Shown here one piece after another: positions 53,289-63,429 of a stretch of DNA of 64,000 nt. The stretch spans positions 935 through 64,934 of the forward strand of contig JACCZW010000085.1 of assembly GCA_013695765.1 (NCBI GenBank). Reading direction: 5' to 3'. Made by a program: the position numbers and the translations under genes. Origin of the DNA: Gammaproteobacteria bacterium. Lineage in GTDB: Bacteria > Pseudomonadota > Gammaproteobacteria > JACCYU01. The notes below the pieces were generated by a model that was given only the letters and a program-made list of their open reading frames with translations, was not told where the DNA came from and did not search any database. The first letter of the stretch is position 1, and each line of letters starts with the position of its first letter.

Positions 53289-53336
53289 AGATATTTAAGT
53301 AACGCTTTCAAACTGCACTAAGGTGCAATATTCCGT

Positions 53337-53666
53337 TTAGCTCTTGCTGCCGCCGGGCGTGTAAAGCGGGGTGGGGAACATGGCGACGTTGGCGCCGGGT
53401 TCGCTGATTTTGGCTACACCCTGCTTTTCTACCTCGTCGATGCGCACCACCGCGTGTATCGGAATATGCGTGCGCTTGACGGACTCGAACTCGGTTTTCA
53501 GGCGTTCCTCACTAGGATCGACAACCACCGAGGCGCGTTCACCGAACACAAGTTCTTCGAGCACGACAAAACTGAACAGTTCGCCCTGATATACCCGGCG
53601 CGCGAAGATTTCGTAAATCTTGCCCTGGTTGAAAAACGCAACCTTGTAAATAGTTTTTTTTGGCAT
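53337..53666 (-). CDS. DUF1820 family protein
   Basis: 109 aa. The pattern IYKVAFFNQGKIYEIFARRVYQGELFSFVVLEELVFGERASVVVDPSEERLKTEF...IPIHAVVRIDEVEK matches my recollection of the conserved DUF1820 family in gammaproteobacteria. Confidence 0.65.
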   Translation of the reverse strand: MPKKTIYKVAFFNQGKIYEIFARRVYQGELFSFVVLEELVFGERASVVVDPSEERLKTEFESVKRTHIPIHAVVRIDEVEKQGVAKISEPGANVAMFPTPLYTPGGSKS

Positions 53667-53963
53667 TATTACGAGTCAGACGATGATCGTCAGGCAATGC
53701 CTGATGTCAGTGCGTATGCAGGAGGCAGCTTCATATTGACCATTGGTTAACGAATCTTGTGTCAGCAGCTTGGGCGGCGACGGCAAATCGATGCAAGCCC
53801 GCAACAATGCCACGGGTGGGACGCTCAGTCAAAGTCCCGCGTGCCGGGCTTTCTCGCCCGCGGTGCGTGACGAAGCTTCGTTCAGATCGTTACCCCGCGG
53901 TGCTATCATGCTGACTCGCTGCGAATTTGAACCGTAAGCTTAAAAAAATTACGAAGATAAACC

Positions 53964-54320
53964 ATGCAAAGCCTCATCCTCATTGCACACGGCAGCCGGC
54001 GGCCAGAGTCGAACGCGGAAATACAAATGGTGACGGACGCACTGCGCGGGCGGGTGGCCGATCGATACGATTACGTAGCGTGCAGTTTTCTGGAGTTTGC
54101 GCAGCCGACGATTGGCGCGGCCATCGATGACGCCGTACGCGCCGGACGCCGCAGGATAACGATACTTCCGTATTTTCTGGCCAGCGGCAATCACATCATG
54201 AAAGATGTGCCGGCGCTGCTCGATGCGAAAAAACGGGAATACCCGGACATCAGTATCGACATGAAAGCGTACATCGGCGCCGCGCAGGGCATGATCGAGC
54301 TACTCGCGGCCTCCGTTTAG
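53964..54320 (+). CDS. cbiX: CbiX/SirB-type sirohydrochlorin chelatase (short form)
   Basis: 118 aa with an N-terminal LILIAHGSRRPESN motif and an ILPYFLASGNHIMKDVP motif. Confidence 0.75.
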   Translation: MQSLILIAHGSRRPESNAEIQMVTDALRGRVADRYDYVACSFLEFAQPTIGAAIDDAVRAGRRRITILPYFLASGNHIMKDVPALLDAKKREYPDISIDMKAYIGAAQGMIELLAASV

Positions 54321-54393
54321 TTCCGCGCGTACACCGTTAAGTATCGGCGATCGGCGCCGCTGGCGGCATCAATAACGATCACGCCGATTGCCG

Positions 54394-56793
54394 TCAATCC
54401 GCAGCTTGGCGATGGCCGGTTTGCTCGGCCATGAACAGCCAGGTCTCGACGACCGAGTCGGGATTCAACGATACGCTATCGATGCCTTCGTCAAGCAACC
54501 AGCGCGCGAAGTCCGGATAATCCGACGGCCCCTGCCCGCAGATCCCTACGTATTTGCCCGCCTTGCGGCACGCGCCGATGACCTGATGTATGAGCGCCTT
54601 GACCGCCGGATCGCGCTCGTCAAAACCGGTCGCGACCAGCCCCGAATCCCGATCCAGCGCTAAAGTCATCTGCGTCAAATCGTTGGAGCCGATCGAAAAT
54701 CCGTCGAAATGTTCGAGAAATTGCTCGGCCAGTATCACGTTGGACGGGATCTCGCACATCATGATGACCTTGAGGTCATCGACCCCGCGCTCAAGCCCGT
54801 TATCGGCAAGCAACTTCACGACCTGCGAGGCTTCGTCCAGGGTGCGCACGAACGGCACCATGATCTGCACGTTCGTAAACCCCATGTCGTCGCGCACCTT
54901 ACGCAGCGCGCGGCATTCCAACTCGAAACAGGCACGGAATTTTTCCGAGATGTAGCGCGACGCGCCGCGCAAGCCGATCATCGGATTCTCTTCCTTGGGC
55001 TCGTAGCGCGAGCCTGCGAGCAGATGCGCGTATTCGTTGGACTTGAAGTCCGACAGACGCACGATCACCGGATGTGGCGCGAACGCCGCGGCCAAGGTGG
55101 CGATGCCTTCGGCGAGCTTGTCCACGAAAAAACTCACCGGGTCCGGATAGCCGGCGCTGCGCTTGGCGATCTTGTCCTTGATATCTTTGGGCAACTGATC
55201 GAATTCCAGCAACGCCTTGGGGTGCACGCCGATGGTGTTGTTGATTAAAAACTCCAGCCTCGCCAGACCCACGCCGGCGTTGGGCACGCTCGCGAACGTG
55301 AACGCGCGCCCCGGATTGCCGACATTCAACATGACTTTGAGCGGCAGCTCGGGCATGGCGGCCAGTTCGTGCCGGTGTACCTTGAAGTCCAGTTTACCTT
55401 CGTAGATCAGGCCGGTGTCGCCCTCCGCACACGACACGGTGATCTCCTGACCGTCCTTAAGCCGTCGTGAAGCGTCGCCGCAACCGACGACCGCGGGAAT
55501 CCCGAGTTCACGCGCGATAATGGCCGCGTGACAAGTGCGCCCGCCGCGATCGGTGACGATCGCCGCGGCGCGCTTCATCACCGGCTCCCAGTCCGGATCG
55601 GTCATGTCCGTGACCAGTACATCGCCTTTCTCAAGTTTGTCCATTTCTTCCAGATCGATCATGATTCGTGCCGCGCCGCTGGCGATGCGCTGCCCGACCG
55701 CTCGCCCCTCGATCAGCACGTCGCCCTCTCCATTCAATACGTAGCGTTCTACGACCTGTTTGGTGTTGCTCTCGACCGTTTCGGGGCGCGCCTGCACGAT
55801 GAACAGCTCGCCCGTTTCGCCGTCCTTAGCCCACTCGATGTCCATCGGCCGACCATAATGTTTCTCGATGATGACTGCGTGGCGGGCAAGCTCTGCAATC
55901 TCCTCGTCGGTCAGGGTGAAACGAGCGCGGTCTTTTGCCGGGACATCCACGGTACTCACCGATTTTTCCAGCGCGCCGCCTTTGCTGTAGATCATCTTGA
56001 TTTCCTTGCTGCCCAGGGTGCGGCTAAGGATAGCGGGCCGGCCGGCGGCCAGGGTCGGTTTGTGTACATAGAATTCATCCGGATTCACCGCGCCCTGCAC
56101 CACGGCCTCGCCCAGGCCGTAACTGCTGGTGATAAACACGACGTCGGTGAAACCGGACTCGGTATCCAGGGTGAACAGCACGCCGCTGACGGCAAGGTCG
56201 CTGCGCACCATGCGCTGAACAGCCGCCGACAGCGCCACTTCGCCGTGTTCGAAACCGTGACGCACGCGGTACGATATCGCGCGGTCGTTGAACAGCGACG
56301 CAAACACGGTCTTCACCGCCAGCAATACGTTGTCCAGCCCACGTACGTTAAGAAATGTTTCCTGCTGACCGGCAAACGACGCATCGGGCAGATCCTCGGC
56401 GGTCGCCGACGAGCGCACGGCGACGGCCAGAGAGCCGCCGGCTTCGCGCTCAAGTTTTTCGAAAGCGTGTGCGATTGCGTCACGCAGCTGACCCTTGATA
56501 GGCGTATCGATGATCATCTCGCGGATTGACCGGCCTGTTCGCGCCAGGGCTTTGGTGTCTTCGACATCCAGTTTCTCAAGCGCCGCGCTGATCCTGTCCG
56601 TCAGTTCCGCCTCCGACAGAAAGCGCCGAAACGCGTCGGCGGTGGTGGCGAATCCGCCGGGCACATTGACCCCGCTGGCGGACAGATGCTGGATCATCTC
56701 GCCCAGCGAAGCGTTCTTGCCGCCTACGCGCGCGACATCGTCCATGCCGATGGAATCCAGGCTAACAACGTAATCATCCAATTTGCTATCCAT
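54394..56793 (-). CDS. ppsA: phosphoenolpyruvate synthase
   Basis: 799 aa. It has an ATP-grasp N-terminus ([12 protein letters not shown]), the phosphohistidine motif [17 protein letters not shown] and a C-terminal PEP-utilising domain. GAGGAA lies upstream of the ATG. Confidence 0.96.
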   Translation of the reverse strand: MDSKLDDYVVSLDSIGMDDVARVGGKNASLGEMIQHLSASGVNVPGGFATTADAFRRFLSEAELTDRISAALEKLDVEDTKALARTGRSIREMIIDTPIKGQLRDAIAHAFEKLEREAGGSLAVAVRSSATAEDLPDASFAGQQETFLNVRGLDNVLLAVKTVFASLFNDRAISYRVRHGFEHGEVALSAAVQRMVRSDLAVSGVLFTLDTESGFTDVVFITSSYGLGEAVVQGAVNPDEFYVHKPTLAAGRPAILSRTLGSKEIKMIYSKGGALEKSVSTVDVPAKDRARFTLTDEEIAELARHAVIIEKHYGRPMDIEWAKDGETGELFIVQARPETVESNTKQVVERYVLNGEGDVLIEGRAVGQRIASGAARIMIDLEEMDKLEKGDVLVTDMTDPDWEPVMKRAAAIVTDRGGRTCHAAIIARELGIPAVVGCGDASRRLKDGQEITVSCAEGDTGLIYEGKLDFKVHRHELAAMPELPLKVMLNVGNPGRAFTFASVPNAGVGLARLEFLINNTIGVHPKALLEFDQLPKDIKDKIAKRSAGYPDPVSFFVDKLAEGIATLAAAFAPHPVIVRLSDFKSNEYAHLLAGSRYEPKEENPMIGLRGASRYISEKFRACFELECRALRKVRDDMGFTNVQIMVPFVRTLDEASQVVKLLADNGLERGVDDLKVIMMCEIPSNVILAEQFLEHFDGFSIGSNDLTQMTLALDRDSGLVATGFDERDPAVKALIHQVIGACRKAGKYVGICGQGPSDYPDFARWLLDEGIDSVSLNPDSVVETWLFMAEQTGHRQAAD

Positions 56794-56886
56794 TGGGAGT
56801 TCCTCGGTTGGGGGAGATCCTCAGTTTGGCGTTATCATGGTACCTACGTTCAAAATAAGCTTACATCGCGGCTGAGTTTACAACCT

Positions 56887-57702
56887 ATGCACAGCGTTTT
56901 TTTTCTATCCAACCGGACAGCCATCACCGCGGAGACGCTGGGGCACAGCCTGCTGGCGCAGTTCGAAGGTGTGGAATATCGCGAATTCACGATTCCGTAT
57001 GTAGACAGTCGTGAGAAGGCCGCCTCGGTCGTCGAGCAGATTGACCGCGCTGCGGATCAGGACGGCCGGCGACCCATTGTTTTCAGCACCCTGGCCGATC
57101 CGGAGATGCGCTCGCTGGTGGTCAACTCCAAAGGCCTGACACTGGACCTGTTCCACGCATTTTTGAACAGTCTCGAATTGGAGCTGGAAGCGAAACCGCT
57201 GGAGCGTGAAGAACGCTCGCACCGCCTCACCGACGCGCAGAAATACGAATCGCGCATGGACGCCATCAACTTCTCGCTGCTGCACGACGACGGCGCCTAT
57301 ACAAAACAGTATGACCGCTCGGATCTCATCCTGGTCGGCGTATCCCGCTCTGGCAAGACCCCGACCTGTCTTTATCTGGCGATTCAGTTTGGCATTCGCG
57401 CCGCCAATTACCCGATCACCGAAGACGACCTGGGCCAGGGCGCGCTGCCGCGAATGTTGAGACCTTACGTCGCGAAGCTTTACGGCCTGACCACCACACC
57501 GCAGCGTCTGCACGGCGTGCGCACCGCTCGCCGCCCCAACAGCCGCTATGCCTCGCTGGAACAGTGCGCTTACGAAATCAGGGCCGTGGAAGACCTTTAT
57601 CACGCGAAAAGCATTCCGTTTCTGAATACCACCACGCGCTCAGTCGAGGAGATCGCCACGCGCATCGTGCAGGAAACCGGGCTGCAACGACACGCTTACT
57701 AA
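56887..57702 (+). CDS. ppsR: PEP synthase regulatory protein (pyruvate, water dikinase kinase/phosphorylase)
   Basis: The start is placed at ATG 56887 (MHSVFFLSNRTAITAETLGHSLL). The P-loop GVSRSGKTPTCLYLA is present. It is divergent from ppsA. Confidence 0.92.
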   Translation: MHSVFFLSNRTAITAETLGHSLLAQFEGVEYREFTIPYVDSREKAASVVEQIDRAADQDGRRPIVFSTLADPEMRSLVVNSKGLTLDLFHAFLNSLELELEAKPLEREERSHRLTDAQKYESRMDAINFSLLHDDGAYTKQYDRSDLILVGVSRSGKTPTCLYLAIQFGIRAANYPITEDDLGQGALPRMLRPYVAKLYGLTTTPQRLHGVRTARRPNSRYASLEQCAYEIRAVEDLYHAKSIPFLNTTTRSVEEIATRIVQETGLQRHAY

Positions 57703-57733
57703 ATGCCACCGCTTGCGCGCACGGCGACATCCA

Positions 57734-59080
57734 TTATCGGCCGGACGCTGAACCCATGTGCTCGATCACGGCGTCGCCGAAGCCCGATGTTGTCACCAGC
57801 GTAGCACCTGGCATGAGACGTTCCAGGTCGGCTTCTACCGCGCGGGCACTGTCTACCCGCGTGCCGCGTGCCGCGATCCCGGCGCGCGCGCGGGCCAGAT
57901 CGTATGTGACCGTCTTGGCCGCGATGGCGCCACCCACACCGCGCAACACCAGATCGGCGGCTTCGGTCCAGCCCATATATCTGAGCATCATTTCGGCAGA
58001 GAGAATAATGGACCCGGGATTGACCCTGTCCTTGCCGGCGTATTTCGGCGCGGTGCCATGCGTCGCCTCGAATACCGCGACGGAATCGGCCATATTGGCG
58101 CCGGGTGCTATACCCATGCCTCCGACCTGCGCCGCCAGGGCATCGGATATGTAATCACCGTTGAGGTTAAGGGTAGCGATCACGTCGTAGTCTTCCGGCC
58201 GCAGCAGGATCTGCTGCAGGAAGTTATCGGCGATGACATCCTTGATGACGATTTCACGATCGGTAGTTGGATTTCTAATCTTGCGCCAGGGTCCGCCATC
58301 GATGAGTTCGGCGCCGAATTCGTTGGTCGCGACCTCATAACCCCAGGTGCGAAAAGCGCCTTCGGTATATTTCATGATATTACCCTTGTGCACCAGGGTA
58401 ACGGAGCCGCGATCATAGTCGATGGCGTACTGAATGGCCTTGCGCATCAGCCGCGCGGAGCCTTCGCGCGATACCGGCTTGATGCCCAGTCCCGAGGTGT
58501 CCGGGAAACGAATTTCCGTGACATTCATCTCGTAGCGGAGAAAATTGATAACCTTCTTAACCGCATCGCTCTCGGCCGGCCACTCGATGCCGGCGTAGAT
58601 GTCTTCGGTATTCTCGCGAAACACCACCATATCGGTGGAGGCCGACTCTTTCATGGGCGTCGGCGTGCCGGCGAAGAAACGGATCGGGCGCACGCAGGCG
58701 TAGAGATCGAGCTTTTGACGAATAGTCACATTGAGCGAGCGCATGCCCTCGCCTACCGGCGTGGTCAATGGGCCCTTGATCGACACCACGAACTCCCGCA
58801 TTGCATCCAGCGTCTCCTCCGGCAGCCACTGATCCTCGCCGTATACATCCAGCGCCTTCTCGCCGGCGTAAATCTCCATCCAGGCAATGGCGCGTTTTCC
58901 CCCGTACGCCTTTTTAACCGCCGCATCCACCACGCGGTGCATCACCGGCGTCACGTCTATGCCTATGCCATCGCCCTCGATATAGGGAATGATGGGCCGC
59001 TCGGTAACTTCGAGCGTGTTGTCGGAATTGGCCACGATAGGCGTGCCATCGGCCGGCCGCGAAATGTTTTTATAAGCCAT
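57734..59080 (-). CDS. icd: NADP-dependent isocitrate dehydrogenase (second paralog)
   Basis: 448 aa, collinear with E. coli Icd ([37 protein letters not shown], ...[11 protein letters not shown]). There is a 24-aa in-frame insertion near the C-terminus. Confidence 0.93.
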   Translation of the reverse strand: MAYKNISRPADGTPIVANSDNTLEVTERPIIPYIEGDGIGIDVTPVMHRVVDAAVKKAYGGKRAIAWMEIYAGEKALDVYGEDQWLPEETLDAMREFVVSIKGPLTTPVGEGMRSLNVTIRQKLDLYACVRPIRFFAGTPTPMKESASTDMVVFRENTEDIYAGIEWPAESDAVKKVINFLRYEMNVTEIRFPDTSGLGIKPVSREGSARLMRKAIQYAIDYDRGSVTLVHKGNIMKYTEGAFRTWGYEVATNEFGAELIDGGPWRKIRNPTTDREIVIKDVIADNFLQQILLRPEDYDVIATLNLNGDYISDALAAQVGGMGIAPGANMADSVAVFEATHGTAPKYAGKDRVNPGSIILSAEMMLRYMGWTEAADLVLRGVGGAIAAKTVTYDLARARAGIAARGTRVDSARAVEADLERLMPGATLVTTSGFGDAVIEHMGSASGR

Positions 59081-59210
59081 TATTAGTTTTGGCTATGACC
59101 TGCGCGCCAGACTTTATGCTGGCTAACGCGCGATTGCGCGCCAGCCCCTGGCGCTCATCAGGCTATGCCGGTGACGGATGGTGCCCGCCACCGGCGCGCA
59201 GTATTGCCTG

Positions 59211-60515
59211 CTATTTACTGGCCGCCTTGGGAGCGCCGGTGTCGAACTGATCTTCTTCCGTCGAACCGCTTAACGCGCCCAGACTGGAAGCGCCGCCGGT
59301 GACCGTTGAGGCCACGGCGTCGAAATATCCCGCGCCAACCTCGCGCTGATGCTTGGTCGCCGTGTAACCGCGCGATTCGGAACCGAACTCTTTCTGCTGG
59401 AGTTCGACATACGCCGACATGCCCTCATCGCGATACTTGTCCGCGAGATCGAACATGCTGTAGTTGAGCGCATGGAAACCCGCCAGTGTAATGAACTGGA
59501 ACTTGTAACCCATGGCGCCGAGTTCGCGCTGGAAGCTGGCGATCTGAGAATCGTCAAGGTTCTTGCACCAGTTGAACGATGGTGAGCAGTTATATGCCAG
59601 CAACTGATCCGGGTACTCCTTGCGGATGGCTTCGGCGAAGGATTTTGCGAATTCCAGATCGGGCTTGCCGGTTTCGCACCACACCAGATCGGCGAAAGGC
59701 GCGTACGCTAGACCCCGCGATATGGCCTGCTGCAAACCGTTCTTGACCCGGAAATACCCTTCGAAGGTGCGCTCGCCGGTCAAAAACGGCTTGTCGTTCT
59801 CATCGGCGTCGGACGTAATCAGGTTGGCGGCTTCCGCGTCGGTACGCGCCAGCAGCAAGGTCGGCACGCCCATCGTGTCGGCGGCCAGCCGCGCCGCGAC
59901 CAGTTTAAGAATCGCTTCCTGGGTCGGCACCAGCACCTTGCCGCCCATGTGCCCACATTTTTTCGCCGAGGCGAGCTGGTCCTCGAAATGCACACCGGCA
60001 GCACCCGCCTCGATCATGCCTTTCATCAATTCGAATGCATTCAACACGCCGCCGAAGCCGGCTTCCGCATCCGCGACGATGGGAAGAAACCAGTCGATAT
60101 CGTCGTTACCTTCGGCGTGATAAAGCTCATCGGCGCGCTTGAACGCATTGTTGATCTTGCGCACCACGGTCGGCACGCTGTCTACCGGATAAAGGCTTTG
60201 ATCCGGATACATCTGAAAGCCGCTGTTCGCATCCGCGGCAACCTGCCAGCCGCTCAGGTAAATCGCGTTCAGCCCGGCCTTGGCCATCTGCATGGCCTGA
60301 TTGCCGGTCATGGCGCCCAAAGCATGCACGTAATCATCGTTGTGGATGCGCTGCCATAACTTCTCGGCGCCACGCTTCGCCAGGGTGTGCTCGATAGTCA
60401 CGCTGCCGCGCAGTTTTTCCACGTCGGCCGCCTTGTATCCGCGCTGCACGCCTTTCCAGCGCGCATTTCTGGCCCAGTCCTGCTCGATCGCGTTGATCGT
60501 TTCCTGTTTGTTCAT
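59211..60515 (-). CDS. aceA: isocitrate lyase
   Basis: The start is placed at ATG 60515 ([14 protein letters not shown]...), with GGAGGA upstream. The catalytic signature KKCGHMGGK is present. 434 aa. Confidence 0.95.
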   Translation of the reverse strand: MNKQETINAIEQDWARNARWKGVQRGYKAADVEKLRGSVTIEHTLAKRGAEKLWQRIHNDDYVHALGAMTGNQAMQMAKAGLNAIYLSGWQVAADANSGFQMYPDQSLYPVDSVPTVVRKINNAFKRADELYHAEGNDDIDWFLPIVADAEAGFGGVLNAFELMKGMIEAGAAGVHFEDQLASAKKCGHMGGKVLVPTQEAILKLVAARLAADTMGVPTLLLARTDAEAANLITSDADENDKPFLTGERTFEGYFRVKNGLQQAISRGLAYAPFADLVWCETGKPDLEFAKSFAEAIRKEYPDQLLAYNCSPSFNWCKNLDDSQIASFQRELGAMGYKFQFITLAGFHALNYSMFDLADKYRDEGMSAYVELQQKEFGSESRGYTATKHQREVGAGYFDAVASTVTGGASSLGALSGSTEEDQFDTGAPKAASK

Positions 60516-60665
60516 AACTCTCATATCCTCCAGAGTAATCCTCGCCAACTGCCTGATTTGAACCCTTACAAACGAACTATACGCCAGGCATTGATAAGCC
60601 GTAGTTATAACGATCACGCAGTACGGCTAACTGCGTAAAACTATCCGGGATCGCGCTGAGATCAC

Positions 60666-62258
60666 TCAAGCTCTCAAGGTCAAAAATTCCGCGAAACGAT
60701 CATCGGTGACCAGCCTGCGTAGCAACTCCGCCGCGGCCTGCGCATGACTTTTTTCGAACTCGTCGTCCCCGAGTTCCGCGCGAATCAACGACAGTTCGCG
60801 CATCAGCGCCTGCTCGAACAATCCCGCCGTTACCTTGCGTCCATCGCTCATCACGCCCTTGGGATAACGAATCCATTGCCAAAGCTGGGCGCGCGCGATC
60901 TCGGCGGTCGCGACATCTTCCATGAGATTATGGATCGGCACCGAGCCCTGCCCGCTCTTCCAGGCGGTGATGTATCGTAATGCCGCACAGACGTTACCGG
61001 CGAGCCCGGCCTCGGTAATGTCGCCTTGCGGAATCGCAAGCAAATCGCGTGCCTTGATATCCACGTCGTCGAGCTGCCGATGCTTCTGACTGACTTGCGG
61101 CATGTGGCGATTGAAAATGTCTTCCGCCACGGCTACCAGCCCCGGATGCGCAACCCAGGTGCCGTCGTGTCCGTTACGCGCTTCGCGTTCCTTGTCCGTG
61201 CGCACCTTGGCGAGCGCGCGTTCGTTGGCTTGCGGATCGTCTTTGATCGGTATCTGGGCCGCCATGCCGCCCATTGCGTGGGCGCCGCGTCGGTGACAGG
61301 TTTTTATCAGCAGCAGCGAATAAGAATTCATAAAATGCGCCGCCATCGTCAACTGCGCGCGGTCCGCCAGCACGTACTCGGGATGCTTGTGAAAACACTT
61401 GATGAAGCTGAAGATGTAATCCCAGCGCCCACAGTTGAGTCCGACCACGTGATCGCGCAGTTCGTACAGGATCTCGTCCATTTCGAACGCCGCCAGAATC
61501 GTCTCGATCAGCACCGTAACTCTGATGCTGCCGCGCGAGAGACGCAGATACTGTTCCGCGAACTTGAAGACATCATTCCAGAGCCGGGCCTCGAGATGAT
61601 TTTCGAGTTTGGGCAGATAGAAGTACGGCCCGCTGCCGCGCTCCAGCAGTGGATGCGCGTTGTGAAAAAGATATAAGCCAAAATCGAGCAGCGCGGCGGG
61701 AACCGGCAACCCGTCCAGCAGCACGTGTTTTTCGGGCAAATGCCAGCCGCGCGGACGCACGATCAAGGTGGCTATCTTGTCGTTGAGACGATACTGCTTG
61801 CCGCGGTTGTTGGTGAACTCGATGGAACCGTTGACAGCGTCGCGGAGATTGATCTGCCCCTGCATGGTGCCTGCCCAGGTCGGCGCATGCGCATCCTCGA
61901 AGTCAGCCATGAAGACCTTAGCGCCGGAATTGAGCCCGTTGATGATCATCTTGCGATCGACCGGGCCGGTAATTTCGACGCGACGATCCTGCAAGTCCGC
62001 GGGTGGGGGCGCAACCTGCCAATTCGACGCGCGAATTTGCGCTGTCTCTTCCAGAAAGTCCGGCATAACGCCGGCATCCAGCAAGGCCTGCCTTTCCAGC
62101 CTGAGCGTCAGCAGTTCGTTTCTACGCGCGGTGAAGCGCGAGGCCAATGCCGCGATAAATTCGAGCGCGGCCTGCGTGAGTATTTCCTTGAATTGCGAAG
62201 TCAGTTGCCCGGTCAGTTCCACCTCCGGTGACGACTGCTCATAAGCCTGAGTAGCCAT
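60666..62258 (-). CDS. aceB: malate synthase A
   Basis: The start is placed at ATG 62258 (MATQAYEQ...), with GAGGAG upstream. It is collinear with E. coli AceB (DRRVEITGPVDRKMIINGLNSGAKVFMADFEDAHAPTW). 530 aa. Confidence 0.94.
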   Translation of the reverse strand: MATQAYEQSSPEVELTGQLTSQFKEILTQAALEFIAALASRFTARRNELLTLRLERQALLDAGVMPDFLEETAQIRASNWQVAPPPADLQDRRVEITGPVDRKMIINGLNSGAKVFMADFEDAHAPTWAGTMQGQINLRDAVNGSIEFTNNRGKQYRLNDKIATLIVRPRGWHLPEKHVLLDGLPVPAALLDFGLYLFHNAHPLLERGSGPYFYLPKLENHLEARLWNDVFKFAEQYLRLSRGSIRVTVLIETILAAFEMDEILYELRDHVVGLNCGRWDYIFSFIKCFHKHPEYVLADRAQLTMAAHFMNSYSLLLIKTCHRRGAHAMGGMAAQIPIKDDPQANERALAKVRTDKEREARNGHDGTWVAHPGLVAVAEDIFNRHMPQVSQKHRQLDDVDIKARDLLAIPQGDITEAGLAGNVCAALRYITAWKSGQGSVPIHNLMEDVATAEIARAQLWQWIRYPKGVMSDGRKVTAGLFEQALMRELSLIRAELGDDEFEKSHAQAAAELLRRLVTDDRFAEFLTLRA

Positions 62259-62295
62259 GGTGGCTGCTTCTCCTCGAAGTTGATTAGCGTTGTGT

Positions 62296-62322
62296 AAAAA
62301 AGGCGCAGCCATGCGGCAGCGC
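62296..62322 (-). terminator. rho-independent terminator-like hairpin after phaC, inside the short aceB leader
   Basis: The minus strand reads GCGCTGCC-GCAT-GGCTGCGC (8-bp stem with one mismatch) followed by CTTTTTT. It lies about 37 nt after the phaC stop and about 37 nt before the aceB ATG. Confidence 0.5.
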
Positions 62323-62358
62323 AATAAAAGTTTAACCGAATTGGTGTGATTTACCCAA

Positions 62359-63426
62359 CTACTTTCGCGCGTTCAGCCACACGCCAATTGCGGGCGGCAC
62401 CGTTTTTTGCGACTTGCCGCTCACGTATATGCCAATGTGACCGCCGGGAAAATCCAGCTCACTGTAGTCGTCCGTGCCCACATAATCCCTCAGCGCGGTG
62501 CTTGCAGGCGGCGGCACGATGTGGTCCTGCCGGGCATAAATATTCAGCACAGGCATGGTCACATGCTTGAGATTTACCCTGTATGCGCCGATCTGTACTT
62601 CACCCTTGATCAAGCGATTGTTCTGGTAAAAATCAACCATGAACTGGCGGAACGTTTCGCCCGCCTGATCCGGGCTGTCGAATATCCACTTCTCCATGCG
62701 CAGGAAATTACGCGCCTGGTCTTCGTTATCAAGCTGGTTGACCATGTCCAGATACTTCTGCCCCATCAGCCGAAAGGGTTTGAGCGACAGGAACATCCAG
62801 TTCATAAGGTCGCCCGAGACGTTCCCCACGGTGTCCACCAGCAAATCCACATCGATGTCCCGTACCCAGCGACTCAGCAGGTCGCCGGGGGTCTGAAAAT
62901 CTACTGGCGTCACCATGGTGATGAGATTTTTGACCTTGTCGGTGTGCATCGACGCGTAACAGAGACTGAACGCACCGCCTTGGCAGATGCCCAATACATT
63001 CACGAGCTCGACGCCGTGGCGATGGCGCACCACATCCACACAGCGATCGATGTAACCGTTGATGTAATCGTCCATGGTGAGGCAGCGATCCGCGCGGTCC
63101 GGGTAACCCCAGTCGATCAGGTAGATATCCTGCCCCGCATTTAACATGCCGCGCACAAGCGAACGATCTTGCTGCAGATCGGCCATGTACGGGCGGTTGA
63201 CCAGCGCATAGACGACGATCAGCGGTACCGGATTGCTGGCTTCGCCGAAGGGCGAGATGTAGCGGTGCAAAGCCAGCTTGTCCTCACGATAAATGACTTC
63301 GGTGGGCGTCGCGCCCGTGCTTATTTCATCGATATTGGCGAGATTCTGCAGACCCAGACCGAGCTTCTGGTTGAACTCCAGCAGTTCCTGAGCGGCAAGG
63401 TCAGGACGTATTTGAACGGGGATCAT
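62359..63426 (-). CDS. phaC: class III poly(R)-hydroxyalkanoate synthase subunit PhaC
   Basis: 355 aa, the size of class III PhaC. It has an alpha/beta-hydrolase lipase-like box GICQGG with a catalytic Cys, and starts 3 nt downstream of phaE. Confidence 0.88.
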   Translation of the reverse strand: MIPVQIRPDLAAQELLEFNQKLGLGLQNLANIDEISTGATPTEVIYREDKLALHRYISPFGEASNPVPLIVVYALVNRPYMADLQQDRSLVRGMLNAGQDIYLIDWGYPDRADRCLTMDDYINGYIDRCVDVVRHRHGVELVNVLGICQGGAFSLCYASMHTDKVKNLITMVTPVDFQTPGDLLSRWVRDIDVDLLVDTVGNVSGDLMNWMFLSLKPFRLMGQKYLDMVNQLDNEDQARNFLRMEKWIFDSPDQAGETFRQFMVDFYQNNRLIKGEVQIGAYRVNLKHVTMPVLNIYARQDHIVPPPASTALRDYVGTDDYSELDFPGGHIGIYVSGKSQKTVPPAIGVWLNARK

Positions 63427-63429
63427 GGC

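Noticed and set aside
53667-53963. Checked the DUF1820-cbiX divergent spacer for a cobalamin riboswitch, because cbiX lies downstream.
   Set aside because: Only a weak GCCACGGG resemblance to the B12 box is present, and the other conserved riboswitch elements are not recognisable by eye. An Infernal scan would be needed.
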